From the NCBI GenBank assembly GCA_050014495.1, contig JBEKDF010000051.1, forward strand, positions 1-17,180: DNA of 17,180 bases, read 5' to 3'. This stretch comes from Candidatus Bathyarchaeia archaeon. GTDB taxonomy: Archaea; Thermoproteota; Bathyarchaeia; TCS64. Shown here in pieces: positions 1 through 8,834 of this stretch. Both the position numbers and the translations under genes were made by a program. Position 1 is the first letter of the stretch, and the number at the start of each line of letters is the position of its first letter. The notes beneath the pieces were generated by a model. The model saw only the letters and a program-made list of their open reading frames with translations, did not search any database and was not told the DNA's origin.

Positions 1-481
1 TGTTGGGCTGGCTGTGGGCTTGGTTTGGCTCTCTGAGTGTTTCCTGTTTTCGTCTGGGGGTGGTGTCTCTGTTTGTTTCAATGATTCTGGGTGTGTACCT
101 ATTTTAGGGACGAGCCAGCGCGGGGCAGATAATCTACCTCGCTAAGCTCTATAGGGGTAAAGACTGGGAGTACCTCACGATCCCAAAAGGGGGGAGTGAG
201 GAGTATAATAGGCAAAAGCGTCGAGAGCTGGTCTTATCAGGTAAGGGAGCGCCACAACCCAGAGCTCAAAATTTGAATCCTCTCATTGATCTTATCTTGA
301 TTTCCATATGACACTCAACCGAGTATTCGCACGTGCTGATACATTATTTATAATGGTAATTTCTTTGAGATTCAATCGTGAACTTGAATCGCTGACCGTG
401 TTGTAAGTTCGATGCTCTTGCTGATTTGAAAGGATATGAGTTTTTCAATCAAATATGCGCACAGCGAGTAGAACGCACAAG

Positions 482-1420
482 CTATTTCACGTAGCGCACC
501 GGCACCTTGGTGCGTTCGTCCACAGTCAGTTGAAAAACGTCGGGGCGTGCATAGTGCCCGACAGCATCGAAGTCGAGCTTCGCCCTGGCCACTTCCCCGA
601 GATCGAGGTCAGCGTAGAGAATCCCCTCCCTGTCCCAGAGCGGACCAGCGAGCACCTCCCCCAGTGGCGAGACTATGACACTCCCGCCGCGGCACATTAC
701 ATCCGGTTGACTCCCCAGTTCCTCAGCTCCCGGCAGATCCTTCGGGTACATGCTCTTCTCGACATACTGATTGCACCCTAATACGAAGCAGCGTCCCTCA
801 AGGGCGATGTGGCGCATCGTCGCTTGCCAGCTCTCCCTTGAGTCGGCAGTCGGAGCGAGATATATCGAGACGCCCTTGCCGTACATCGCCACGCGGGCGA
901 GGGGCATATAGTTCTCCCAACAGATCAGCCCCCCGACCTTACCGTACTCGGTGTCGACAACCGTAAGCGTGCTACCGTCTCCCTCGCCCCAGACGAGGCG
1001 CTCAGCCGCTGTTGGTTTCAGCTTACGATGCTTTCCTAGAAGCCGCCCGTCCGGCCCGAAGTAGAGCAGCGTGCAATAGATGGTTCCGCCGCCGAAGTCG
1101 CTGTCCCTCTCCATAACACCGACGGCGACATAGGCACCTGCATCACATGTCGCCTCACCAAGTGCGTCGCAGACCGGACCCGGCACCTCAACTGAGTTCT
1201 CCCAATACTTTCCCCACATTCGCCTGCCTTCAGATGTTCTACTCCCTACAACCATACCGAAGGACAAACCTCTGGGATAGACAGGGATGAACGCCTCGGG
1301 GAAGAGGATGAGCTTCGCACCCTGAGCCGAGGCCTCCCTGATCAACCCACAAGCCTTGGCGACGCACGCCTCCTTATCAAACAGTACCGACGCAGCCTGA
1401 ACGACGGCGACTTTGACCAT
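482..1420 (-). CDS. Nitrilase / carbon-nitrogen hydrolase family protein (~312 aa)
   Basis: Catalytic triad motifs FPEAF (E), HRKLKPT (K) and ICWEN (C); N-terminus VKVAVVQA; C-terminal DFDAVGHYARPD. Start moved to ATG 1420, which has GGAG upstream. Confidence 0.93.
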   Translation of the reverse strand: MVKVAVVQAASVLFDKEACVAKACGLIREASAQGAKLILFPEAFIPVYPRGLSFGMVVGSRTSEGRRMWGKYWENSVEVPGPVCDALGEATCDAGAYVAVGVMERDSDFGGGTIYCTLLYFGPDGRLLGKHRKLKPTAAERLVWGEGDGSTLTVVDTEYGKVGGLICWENYMPLARVAMYGKGVSIYLAPTADSRESWQATMRHIALEGRCFVLGCNQYVEKSMYPKDLPGAEELGSQPDVMCRGGSVIVSPLGEVLAGPLWDREGILYADLDLGEVARAKLDFDAVGHYARPDVFQLTVDERTKVPVRYVK

Positions 1421-1727
1421 CCAAAACACTCCAACGTCAAGTAAAGACGATATACACCGATAAAAGCGCGCACGCCTCATAACGTTGCAGCTAAGGATAA
1501 AGTGGTGCTTATCGAAGCCGCCCACAGTGTCTTTCAGGAAATTCGTGTACCTGAAACACTAGCGCGCCTCTGCGCCAATAGAAACCCATCAGATTGTTTA
1601 CCGGTATTCACTAGTAAAATTGTGAAGCATCCAAGTTTATAGCAGAACCATATAAAGTTCCTACTAGACGTAAGCTTAATAGTGCTTGTTTTTATGCATC
1701 GTACACAATCAATAGTCTAGAGGCTAC

Positions 1728-2144
1728 TTGAGTCATCTTCAACCAAACAGGGTAAGAGAATATTGGGACCAACTACAAGCTGAGCTTAAGAAGGGTAATC
1801 TGGATCTCGAGACGTGGGCGCTAGAACCAACCGGAGGACACTTCTACGCGCGAGCCGTCTCAGATCGTGTTTTCATAGAGGGGAAGGGAATCAAAGGTAT
1901 CCGTACTGTTGGGTTCCCAGAGTTCGAGAAGGCTGCTAAGTACTACAACGGCTTCATTAATGGGGAGGCTGGTATCAAACAGAAGCTGAGGGACGAAGTC
2001 GGTTACAATACTTCATACATAATTACGCTTCTCCACCATGCGCTCGAGGTCGAGGCTATCACCCCCATAGAATCTGAACCTGAGCCACCGAAGAAACCTG
2101 AACCAATCCGTGTTAGGCATTATAGAAGTAGGCGTGGTGGTTAA
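1728..2144 (+). CDS. Hypothetical protein (138 aa)
   Basis: TTG start after GAGG, protein-like composition, TTTATG/AT-rich box upstream, T-run at 2162-2169 downstream. Confidence 0.7.
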   Translation: MSHLQPNRVREYWDQLQAELKKGNLDLETWALEPTGGHFYARAVSDRVFIEGKGIKGIRTVGFPEFEKAAKYYNGFINGEAGIKQKLRDEVGYNTSYIITLLHHALEVEAITPIESEPEPPKKPEPIRVRHYRSRRGG

Positions 2145-2413
2145 AGTATAGGAAAGCCCAATTTTTTTTAAATGGACTGAGCAATAATATAGAAACGTGT
2201 CTCTTCTAAGTCAATCATCATCAGAATTTTGCCATGATTCTTAGCTTTCGCTCTTCTATCGGATAAGCGCTAGTCGGTATATTCATGCCAGATTTGAGGC
2301 TCACGATGAAATCTCCCCCATTTATTTTATTTGGGTTCTTCTCCTGCATTCTCTCTATTCTTTCGTAAACACTCAACGCCATGCCACCCGCCGTTTTATC
2401 AATCACCCGCGGC

Positions 2414-2659
2414 TCAAACCTTGACTTGGTTAAACGCCCCGCATTTTGGGCACTTGTAGACGGCGTTTGTGACTTGCATCCGGAGAAGAGACTTCAATAA
2501 TACATGATCACACTGACCACACACGTAGTTCAGGGCGCCTCTACCTGAGACGAATGGCTCCATCTTTTTCTCTTTCGGAGAATTATCTTTGGTAAGGAAC
2601 GTGCCTGCTGTCGGTAATATCGTAAGAACCACCATTTTGAAAGTAAATATGTGATCCAT
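2414..2659 (-). CDS. Small zinc-ribbon protein (paralog A)
   Basis: CGQC...CPKC; GGAG upstream; clear similarity to ORF 3283-3519. Confidence 0.82.
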   Translation of the reverse strand: MDHIFTFKMVVLTILPTAGTFLTKDNSPKEKKMEPFVSGRGALNYVCGQCDHVLLKSLLRMQVTNAVYKCPKCGAFNQVKV

Positions 2660-3282
2660 GTAATCTCCAACTTATAGTATGGCTTCGCTTTATATAAACG
2701 ACGGTGTAAAAAGCTGATAGTTTAAATCCATTTTTTTAATTAATTTATGAAATATAAATGCACTTTTTACCTAGATCTATGACTTATAGCAAGTGCTGTA
2801 CAGACAAAGTCTATGCTCGTGCCATATTAAAAATCAGAACTCATGTTTCAACAAAGGAGCAAAACAAAAACACACTGAAGTCTATATCTTCGCGTGCTTT
2901 CTCTTCTTTTTATCCTTTTTCGGTAGCACTATTTTCCTCAAAACGATGACCTCCCTAATTGCTGTTTAAGGGGCAGACCCAGAGACCACGGGATATCACG
3001 AACGAAGAACTTCATAAAATCTCGGCTAATACTCACCGGCCCTCTCATTTAAAGATGCGTTAATGACCTTTCTATAGAATTGTGTTACTATTATCCTATT
3101 ATTTTTCTGCCTATCTGATTGATATACGGCGAGAAGCTCGAGTATTGGGATCTACATGGTATTGTTGCTAATTGTTTTAAATTTCAATGTGTAAGAAGTA
3201 TCTTTTTTGATATGGTTAATATAATCCCCACGCGACTATATATGACGAGGGATATAACTTAAACAATCAAAACACATTTAAG

Positions 3283-3519
3283 ATGAGGATTTTACCATCG
3301 AAACCAATTGATGGCACGATATTCAGTAAAGATAATTTCAATCAGGAGAAGAAGATGGAGCCTTTCGTGATCGGTGAAGGAGTCATCGATTATCAATGTG
3401 GAAGCTGTGGTCACTATATGCTCAGATCTCTACGCTGGGGGCAGGTTACCCAAGCAGTCTACAAGTGTCCGAAGTGCGGGAATTATAACCAGATAGAACC
3501 AATCGTGAGAAAACACTAA
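3283..3519 (+). CDS. Small zinc-ribbon protein (paralog B)
   Basis: CGSC...CPKC; shares KDN, EKKMEPFV and QVTxAVYKCPKCG with ORF 2414-2659. Confidence 0.82.
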   Translation: MRILPSKPIDGTIFSKDNFNQEKKMEPFVIGEGVIDYQCGSCGHYMLRSLRWGQVTQAVYKCPKCGNYNQIEPIVRKH

Positions 3520-3685
3520 ACACTGATTCCCTTGGATTAGGTTCCAAACAAGCTCATTTTAAAGACAGTATTCCTGCAAGTAAGAAGTCTAATATTAAAT
3601 AGGCAGCTGCGTGAAAAAGGGGTTAATTACGAACGGTAAGCTCACTGCATCCTTGGCGAGAGTTTTTAATTTGCCTGATAATAAC

Positions 3686-3786
3686 TTTATTAGCGCGGCC
3701 GTTTCAAATTAGGCGGTTGAGGGACGTTACGCGGGCCCCAGTTGGATAGCTTCTGACCTAACGCCCAAGAGATCGAGCCCTCGCCA
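3686..3786 (+). promoter_or_regulatory. TATA box plus structured 5' leader of the L35Ae-like gene
   Basis: TTTATTA at 3686-3692; stems GAGGG(3719-23)/CCCTC(3778-82), GGC/GCC and CGTTA(3725-29)/TAACG(3759-63), closing 2 nt before ATG 3788. Confidence 0.4.
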
Positions 3787-3787
3787 A

Positions 3788-4075
3788 ATGGATGCGAGAA
3801 AAATGGAGTATAAGGGCATAGTCATGAGCTACGGTGTGGGCGCAAAGATGCAGTATCCACACAGGATGATAATCATGGTCCCTGGGGCAATACCAAGCGA
3901 AGCCAGGGGACTAGTAGGATCGACGGTTGCCTGGCCATACGACGACCCGAAGATCTACGGCAGGATTACGCGGTTCCATGGCGTCCGAAAAGGCTACTTA
4001 TTAGCGACATTCAAGAAGGGTCTCCCGGGAGACTCCATCGGAAAAGCCGTAAAGATAACGAAAAAGGAAGTTTAG
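3788..4075 (+). CDS. rpl35ae: 50S ribosomal protein L35Ae-like protein (copy 1)
   Basis: KGIVMSY..G..MQYP, LVG..VAW, GRITRFHG...G...A.FKKGLPG..IG..V match the L35Ae pattern. Confidence 0.8.
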   Translation: MDARKMEYKGIVMSYGVGAKMQYPHRMIIMVPGAIPSEARGLVGSTVAWPYDDPKIYGRITRFHGVRKGYLLATFKKGLPGDSIGKAVKITKKEV

Positions 4076-4076
4076 A

Positions 4077-4099
4077 ACGCTCCCCGAATCGGTGAGCGT
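4077..4099 (+). terminator. Hairpin directly after the rpl35ae-like stop codon
   Basis: ACGCTC/GAGCGT outer stem with CCG/CGG inner pairs; no U-tract, so function is uncertain. Confidence 0.3.
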
Positions 4100-4403
4100 A
4101 TGTAAGTTTCGCTGCGCGGGATGAGATAATCACGGAAGTGCAATATTCTAAATAGTAGTTTTATTGAAAGCAATTACTATGAAACTCGGATTAAGTATTT
4201 TCCAGTTAAACAGCCTTGTTTCATGACTATTATCTGGTGATTACCCCCCGGGCCGTGGATATCACTATATAGAGTGTATGGGAAGGTTATAATGCCCTTT
4301 AAATTGGTTATACCTCAGAAAGGTGAGGAAAAGATTCAGGGATTCATTATCGAATAATTGGGGGTAAAGGCATTAATGTATCCATGGTGAGTTCGATCCT
4401 TGT

Positions 4404-4424
4404 GTCGTGGGTTTGAATCCCACC
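4404..4424 (+). other. tRNA T-arm-like fragment (not a full tRNA)
   Basis: GTCGTGGGTTTGAATCCCACC: 5-bp stem GTGGG/CCCAC and loop TTTGAAT, one change from canonical TTCGAAT; no acceptor stem or D-arm found. Confidence 0.4.
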
Positions 4425-4440
4425 GAGAAAATAATGGATC

Positions 4441-4470
4441 AGAAGATTTACCAAACTTGGTAAAACTTCT
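4441..4470. repeat. 30-bp near-perfect palindrome
   Basis: AGAAGATTTACCAA-AC-TTGGTAAAACTTCT; arms match at 13 of 14 positions. Confidence 0.75.
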
Positions 4471-4622
4471 AAAGTCTCTCCTCGATCTCTAAGGCGCGCG
4501 CGTCCTGGCTCGGCGCTCCCTCCCCTGGCTCACCCTCTACATGGCGTGGGCCTACAAGCTCCTAATCCTGGGAGCAATCTACCTCTGCTCCTCATATCCT
4601 ATGGATCGGCGCATGCACGCCC

Positions 4623-5027
4623 TTATTCTCCCGGCGCCTTCATCATTTTGGAAACTGACGCGTGTGAGTCCCCCTTCTCGGAGCGCAGCGCCTCCTCTAC
4701 CCCGACCCATCTCCCGTTTAAATGGCGTGCAATTACACGCCGACACCTCGGGCAGAAGAGCTCTCTGACGCCACCGACTCCGCTCAGCGTGGTCTCCTCC
4801 GTGCAGTGGATCTCCGTGCCGCATGCGGGGCAGACCGCCGCCAACACACGCTTATCGAGCCGCATGGAGTCCGTTACCTCGCCAAAGTCGTAGCCGCACA
4901 CGCGGCACCGATTCTTATCCTCGTCTCCCGCATTGGTCGCCGCAACGGGTTCACGCCACTCCCCGCAACTGGGGCAGAAGAGGAAGCCGACGTATGTTCT
5001 CTTTAGCCTCAACCCACCGTGCGACAC
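4623..5027 (-). CDS. Multi zinc-ribbon protein (four CxxC motifs)
   Basis: CPSC, CRVC, CPAC, CPRC; the only overlapping frame here with coherent motifs; start codon uncertain (GTG 5027 or TTG 5012). Confidence 0.8.
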   Translation of the reverse strand: MSHGGLRLKRTYVGFLFCPSCGEWREPVAATNAGDEDKNRCRVCGYDFGEVTDSMRLDKRVLAAVCPACGTEIHCTEETTLSGVGGVRELFCPRCRRVIARHLNGRWVGVEEALRSEKGDSHASVSKMMKAPGE

Positions 5028-5230
5028 TTTCCCTCAATATGGATGTTTAATGAACTATTATTATCTTTTAATGTGTGCAAAGAAACCAAAATCAAACCAT
5101 GAAAAGCAGACTCTTAGATGAGTAGGTTGGGCCGAACCCATCAACCGATGAGTCCATATTTTATGGGTTTGTTGGCTTGGAGGCAGTCTTGAGAGCCATT
5201 CGTCCGCGCGCGCTATCCAAGAACCCCTCA

Positions 5231-5389
5231 ACTTTCCCAAATTCGTGTATGGGATGGACCGTGCCCCTCAGGACGAGAGCAACATGCACGAAATCACACA
5301 AAGGTTCAAAGGCTTTGGGAAGTCACAGCAATGACGTAATCGTGAAATCAAGCTAGCACGGGTCTATCCATCCCTCGCATAGTGGGCAC
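5231..5389. ncRNA. Candidate structured non-coding element
   Basis: Several long complementary segments with pseudoknotted or alternative pairing (see findings); no ORF of 60 aa or more. Confidence 0.4.
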
Positions 5390-5512
5390 ATAGGGAAAAT
5401 ACTAAACAATGGGCATAAATAAGTTTTATTTCGTATAATATACAATATATTTTGGAATAATTTTATATTATAGGCAGAAAGTTAGTAAATCCTATACCTG
5501 GTGGATATGTGA

Positions 5513-6496
5513 TTGCATAGAGAGCGGCTGCAGGAAGAGCTAAGCCTGAGATACAGGGATCTCAAGAAGCCCGAGTTCAAGGCAGTAATGAGGATTCAGG
5601 ACGAGCTACTGTCAGCCATGAGAGACCACCTGCGTAATGAGGGGTTCATGGAGATCCTCGCCCCCATAATCGGGCCGGTGACCGACCCCGGAATAAGGGG
5701 GGCACAACAGGTCAGCTTCGACTACTACGGCACCAAGTTCAAGGTGATGAGCAGCATGATCCTCTACAAGCAGATGGCCGTCAACAGCCTCGATCGAGTC
5801 TTCGCCCTGAGCCCAAACATCAGACTCGAGCCCATAGAGACACTGGAGACGGGGCGCCACCTCACCGAGTTCAGGCAACTCGACCTCGAGGTGGCGAACG
5901 CCGGCTACCACGATGTCATGGCCATAGGAGACAGCTTAGTGACCTACGCCATAAAGAGGATCAAATCAAGGTGCGCCGACGAGCTTAAGACCCTCCGGAG
6001 GAGGCTCAGGACGCCCAGGCCCTCATTCTTGAAGATCACCTACAACGAAGCCGTGGAGTTACTCCTAGAGAAGGGTTACAGTGGAAAGCAGGGAGAGGAG
6101 ATCCCCTGGGAGGTGGAGGCCGAGCTGTCGAGGAGCTTCGGGGATTTCTTCTGGCTTATCGACTACCCGAAGACGGCGCGTGGGTTCTATGACCGTGAGG
6201 ACGAGGATCGCCCGGGGGTTCTGAGGGACTTCGATCTCTTCTACCCCGAGGGATACGGCGAGGCAGTCAGCGGCGGGGAGAGGGAGTACAAGTACGAGAG
6301 GGTGGTCGCGAGGATGTCATCCACTGGCGAGGCGCCGGAGGCGTACGGGTGGTACCTGGAGATGCTGAGGGATGGGTTGAGGCCTTCAGCCGGCTTCGGC
6401 ATAGGAGTGGAACGCCTAACGAGGTACGTCTGCGGGCGGGAGTACGTTTGGGATGCCGTACCCTTCCCTAAGGTCCCGGGGATCCCCTCACCCTAA
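5513..6496 (+). CDS. asnA: Archaeal-type asparagine synthetase (AspRS/AsnRS catalytic-core paralog without anticodon domain)
   Basis: TDPGIRG, SSMILYKQ, SPNIRLE...TGRHLTEFRQLDLE (motif 2), GEAVSGGERE, PSAGFGIGVERL (motif 3); only 327 aa. TATA-like TTTATA at about 5462. Confidence 0.88.
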   Translation: MHRERLQEELSLRYRDLKKPEFKAVMRIQDELLSAMRDHLRNEGFMEILAPIIGPVTDPGIRGAQQVSFDYYGTKFKVMSSMILYKQMAVNSLDRVFALSPNIRLEPIETLETGRHLTEFRQLDLEVANAGYHDVMAIGDSLVTYAIKRIKSRCADELKTLRRRLRTPRPSFLKITYNEAVELLLEKGYSGKQGEEIPWEVEAELSRSFGDFFWLIDYPKTARGFYDREDEDRPGVLRDFDLFYPEGYGEAVSGGEREYKYERVVARMSSTGEAPEAYGWYLEMLRDGLRPSAGFGIGVERLTRYVCGREYVWDAVPFPKVPGIPSP

Positions 6497-6682
6497 TTAT
6501 AAGCGCGCGCGTTGACTATAGTCGCGCGCTGTGGGAGATACCGAATAGATGCAGTTTCAACCCCTATGCGTGCGAGATGAGGAGGAACGGAGCTTGACTA
6601 GACTGGGGCCAGACCAGCGCGCGCGCTAAAAAATAGGGTCTAGTTATCCTACCGCGCGCGCGATAAAGCTGTATCCAAATTC

Positions 6683-7042
6683 TCATTCCGTTAAGAAGTC
6701 GAGCTCTTTTTCAGGTATTCCCTGTGCTCCCCCGTGTTCTATGGCGTCCTTCCACGTTCCCCTGTCGTCCCTCTTGAGATCAAATTGTTTATCGCAGTAA
6801 ACAACTAGGATCTTGTTCCTCTTCCAGAAATGGGAGTACCAGCCCCTCAAGACAAGAGGCTGTAGGGCGTCTATCTCTTGCCTCGAGCATTTCACGTTAT
6901 AGATGTGCCACCTGCCGATGTTACCCTCGTAGTCTATCGCCATGTCATCCCTTGTTATGACTGCTTTGAAGACCGAAAACCCTTTGATTACGGTCAGATC
7001 ACTTAGTCCCTCGGCGATTATGATTTCCTTCCAGTCCTTCAC
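6683..7042 (-). CDS. Hypothetical protein (119 aa)
   Basis: GTG start after GGTGAG; Trp/His-rich motifs WHIY, GWYSHFW, GIPEKELDF. Confidence 0.78.
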   Translation of the reverse strand: MKDWKEIIIAEGLSDLTVIKGFSVFKAVITRDDMAIDYEGNIGRWHIYNVKCSRQEIDALQPLVLRGWYSHFWKRNKILVVYCDKQFDLKRDDRGTWKDAIEHGGAQGIPEKELDFLTE

Positions 7043-7193
7043 GTTCTCACCGAACCCTCCATGAACGCGATGCGCGCACGCTTTCCAACTTCCGTGGCAA
7101 CGATTATGATATACAAAGTTAACCCTTTAATTTTCATTTACCAAAGACAAAAATAAATAGTATATTATGAAAATTATAAATAGGCGATGGTAG

Positions 7194-7398
7194 TTGGCGA
7201 AACTCGGGGAGAAATGGCTCCCTAGAGGAGATACAGAACCAGTAGTTGAAATGCCATCTGAAAGAATTTGTTTTGCATGCCTTAAAAACAATTATCAACT
7301 TCTGTGATTCAAAATGTTGTACAAAGAGGTTAGAGAGTAATTATTGTGCTTTATGTGAGGATTGTTGGAACGATAGAAAAAACTGCCAGCGATATTAA
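7194..7398 (+). pseudogene. Small Cys-rich protein with apparent +1 frameshift
   Basis: TTG-AKLGEKW...ICFACLK, then removing one A from the A5 run at 7284-7288 gives TIINFCDSKCC...CALCEDCW...CQRY*; 9 Cys in 67 aa; TTATAAA upstream. Confidence 0.5.
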
Positions 7399-7655
7399 AT
7401 TGAACTGTATGCTACCTTGAAGACTGTCGACCCATTTTTACAGTCTACGGATCAACCGAATACTTAACAGAACCTTAAAAGGAAGGAAAATTATGGTTCG
7501 CGCGCGTGAGAGATACGTAAATAAAGGCAGGATCTAATTATTTTGCGCGCGCGGTCAACTTGTCGCTGTAGCCATTTTAAGCGGGTTTATACCGTAGACC
7601 GTAAGAACAATAAGTGCCATTCTAAGCTTTCATCTTAAAAGATACTAGAGCCAGA

Positions 7656-7872
7656 ATGAAGAAAGGGAGCTCGATAAGAAAATAAGAAAAATGTTTAAAC
7701 AGAATATCCGGAAAAAGAAGCATAGCAAAACCAGGGTTAAGGCGATCGTTGCAGCAAGGGTAACCGCAGCCAAAACCCTGAAAAAAAATGATGCGCTCAG
7801 CCTCAGACAATAACGAAGAAGCGTTACGTGGAGCTGCGAGAGCGTCTCAAGGGAGCCTTAGAGGAGGGTTGA
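7656..7872 (+). pseudogene. Possible small basic protein upstream of tbp, broken by two apparent -1 indels
   Basis: MKKGSSIRK / MFKQNIRKKK...DALSLRQ / ITKKRYVELRERLKGALEEG* join if one A is added at about 7680 and at about 7810; the stop lies 3 nt before the tbp ATG. Confidence 0.3.
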
Positions 7873-7875
7873 GGA

Positions 7876-8448
7876 ATGAGCGAAACAAGCCCTTACGATG
7901 TTAAGATACAGAACGTCGTCGCCTCGGCGTCCCTCGACCAGAAGATAAACCTCCTCGACATCATGAAGGTCTTTAGGACCGTGGAGTACCGTCCCAAGCA
8001 ATTCCCTGGCCTGGTCTTCCGCCTGAAGAAGCCGAAGACGGCAACCCTCATCTTCGGCAGCGGTAAGATGGTCTGCACGGGGGCGAAGTCGGAGAAGCAG
8101 GCTAGGAGCGCGGTGAATAAGGTCGTCCGTGAACTCAAAACGAACGGGATCATCATCCTCGGGAAGCCGAAGATAGTAATCCAGAACATGGTTGCCTCCG
8201 CTAACCTACACGGCAAGATCGACCTAGAGACCGCCGCGGACATCATGGACAACGTCATGTACGAGCCCGAGCAGTTCCCGGGCCTCATCTACAGGATGAC
8301 GGAGCCTAAGGTGGTTCTGCTGCTATTCGCTTCGGGGAAGCTCGTGATCACCGGGGCCAAGAGGGAGGAGCAGGTCCATGAGGCCGCGGAGAAGGTCAGG
8401 GCCACCCTCATCGATTATGATCTACTTTTTCAAGGAGAGGATCTCTAG
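7876..8448 (+). CDS. tbp: TATA-box-binding protein
   Basis: Two repeats IQNVVASA...YRPKQFPGLVFR...LIFGSGKMVCTGAKS and IQNMVASA...YEPEQFPGLIYR...LFASGKLVITGAK. Confidence 0.98.
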   Translation: MSETSPYDVKIQNVVASASLDQKINLLDIMKVFRTVEYRPKQFPGLVFRLKKPKTATLIFGSGKMVCTGAKSEKQARSAVNKVVRELKTNGIIILGKPKIVIQNMVASANLHGKIDLETAADIMDNVMYEPEQFPGLIYRMTEPKVVLLLFASGKLVITGAKREEQVHEAAEKVRATLIDYDLLFQGEDL

Positions 8449-8834
8449 CTCGAGCGCGCGCGTATAGTTGCCTTGGAGTAATTCGAAGTATCCATGCTCT
8501 ATACCCGCTAGTCCCACGAGAACGCCTAACGTTGATGCGACTACTTTCGTCGCTTTACTTGGCGAACGTGCAGCCATTCACGTTTCACGGTTGAGTATCG
8601 GGTGGAACTCAGGATAAGACTATAGCCCCAAACGCGCGCGCTAGACTTACTACCCACGCCTGGGCCCAGGGTGAAAGTAAAGAGACTTCTCGATTCGCGC
8701 GCGCGAACAAATCAAAGGTGATACTAATTTAACTAATCACACTAAGCGGTAAATTGTTACTACACTCAACTCCTTTGATTCTGTGTGTATTCATAAATAC
8801 TATGATATTGGTTTCATTATAATTGAATATACAT

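Noticed and set aside
1..300. G/T-rich start of the window with a partial open minus-strand frame
   Set aside because: No recognisable protein or convincing start codon.
455..781. 108-aa plus-strand ORF
   Set aside because: Antisense shadow of the nitrilase. The same applies to 5612-5911, 7893-8288, 9978-10193, 12480-12767, 15894-16106 and 16449-16631.
1421..1525. N-terminal extension of the nitrilase in the ORF track
   Set aside because: Not family-like; the SD and conserved N-terminus point to ATG 1420.
2221..2949. ORFs 2221-2406 and 2758-2949
   Set aside because: Short, with no motif or clear SD; cannot be supported, although not excluded.
4290..4376. Imperfect inverted repeat TAATGCCCTTTA/TAAAGGCATTA around a 21-codon ORF (MITE-like)
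   Set aside because: Short, AT-rich, no target-site duplication and no second copy.
4541..5121. Six overlapping alternative ORFs
   Set aside because: Shadows of the 4623-5027 zinc-ribbon gene in GC-rich DNA.
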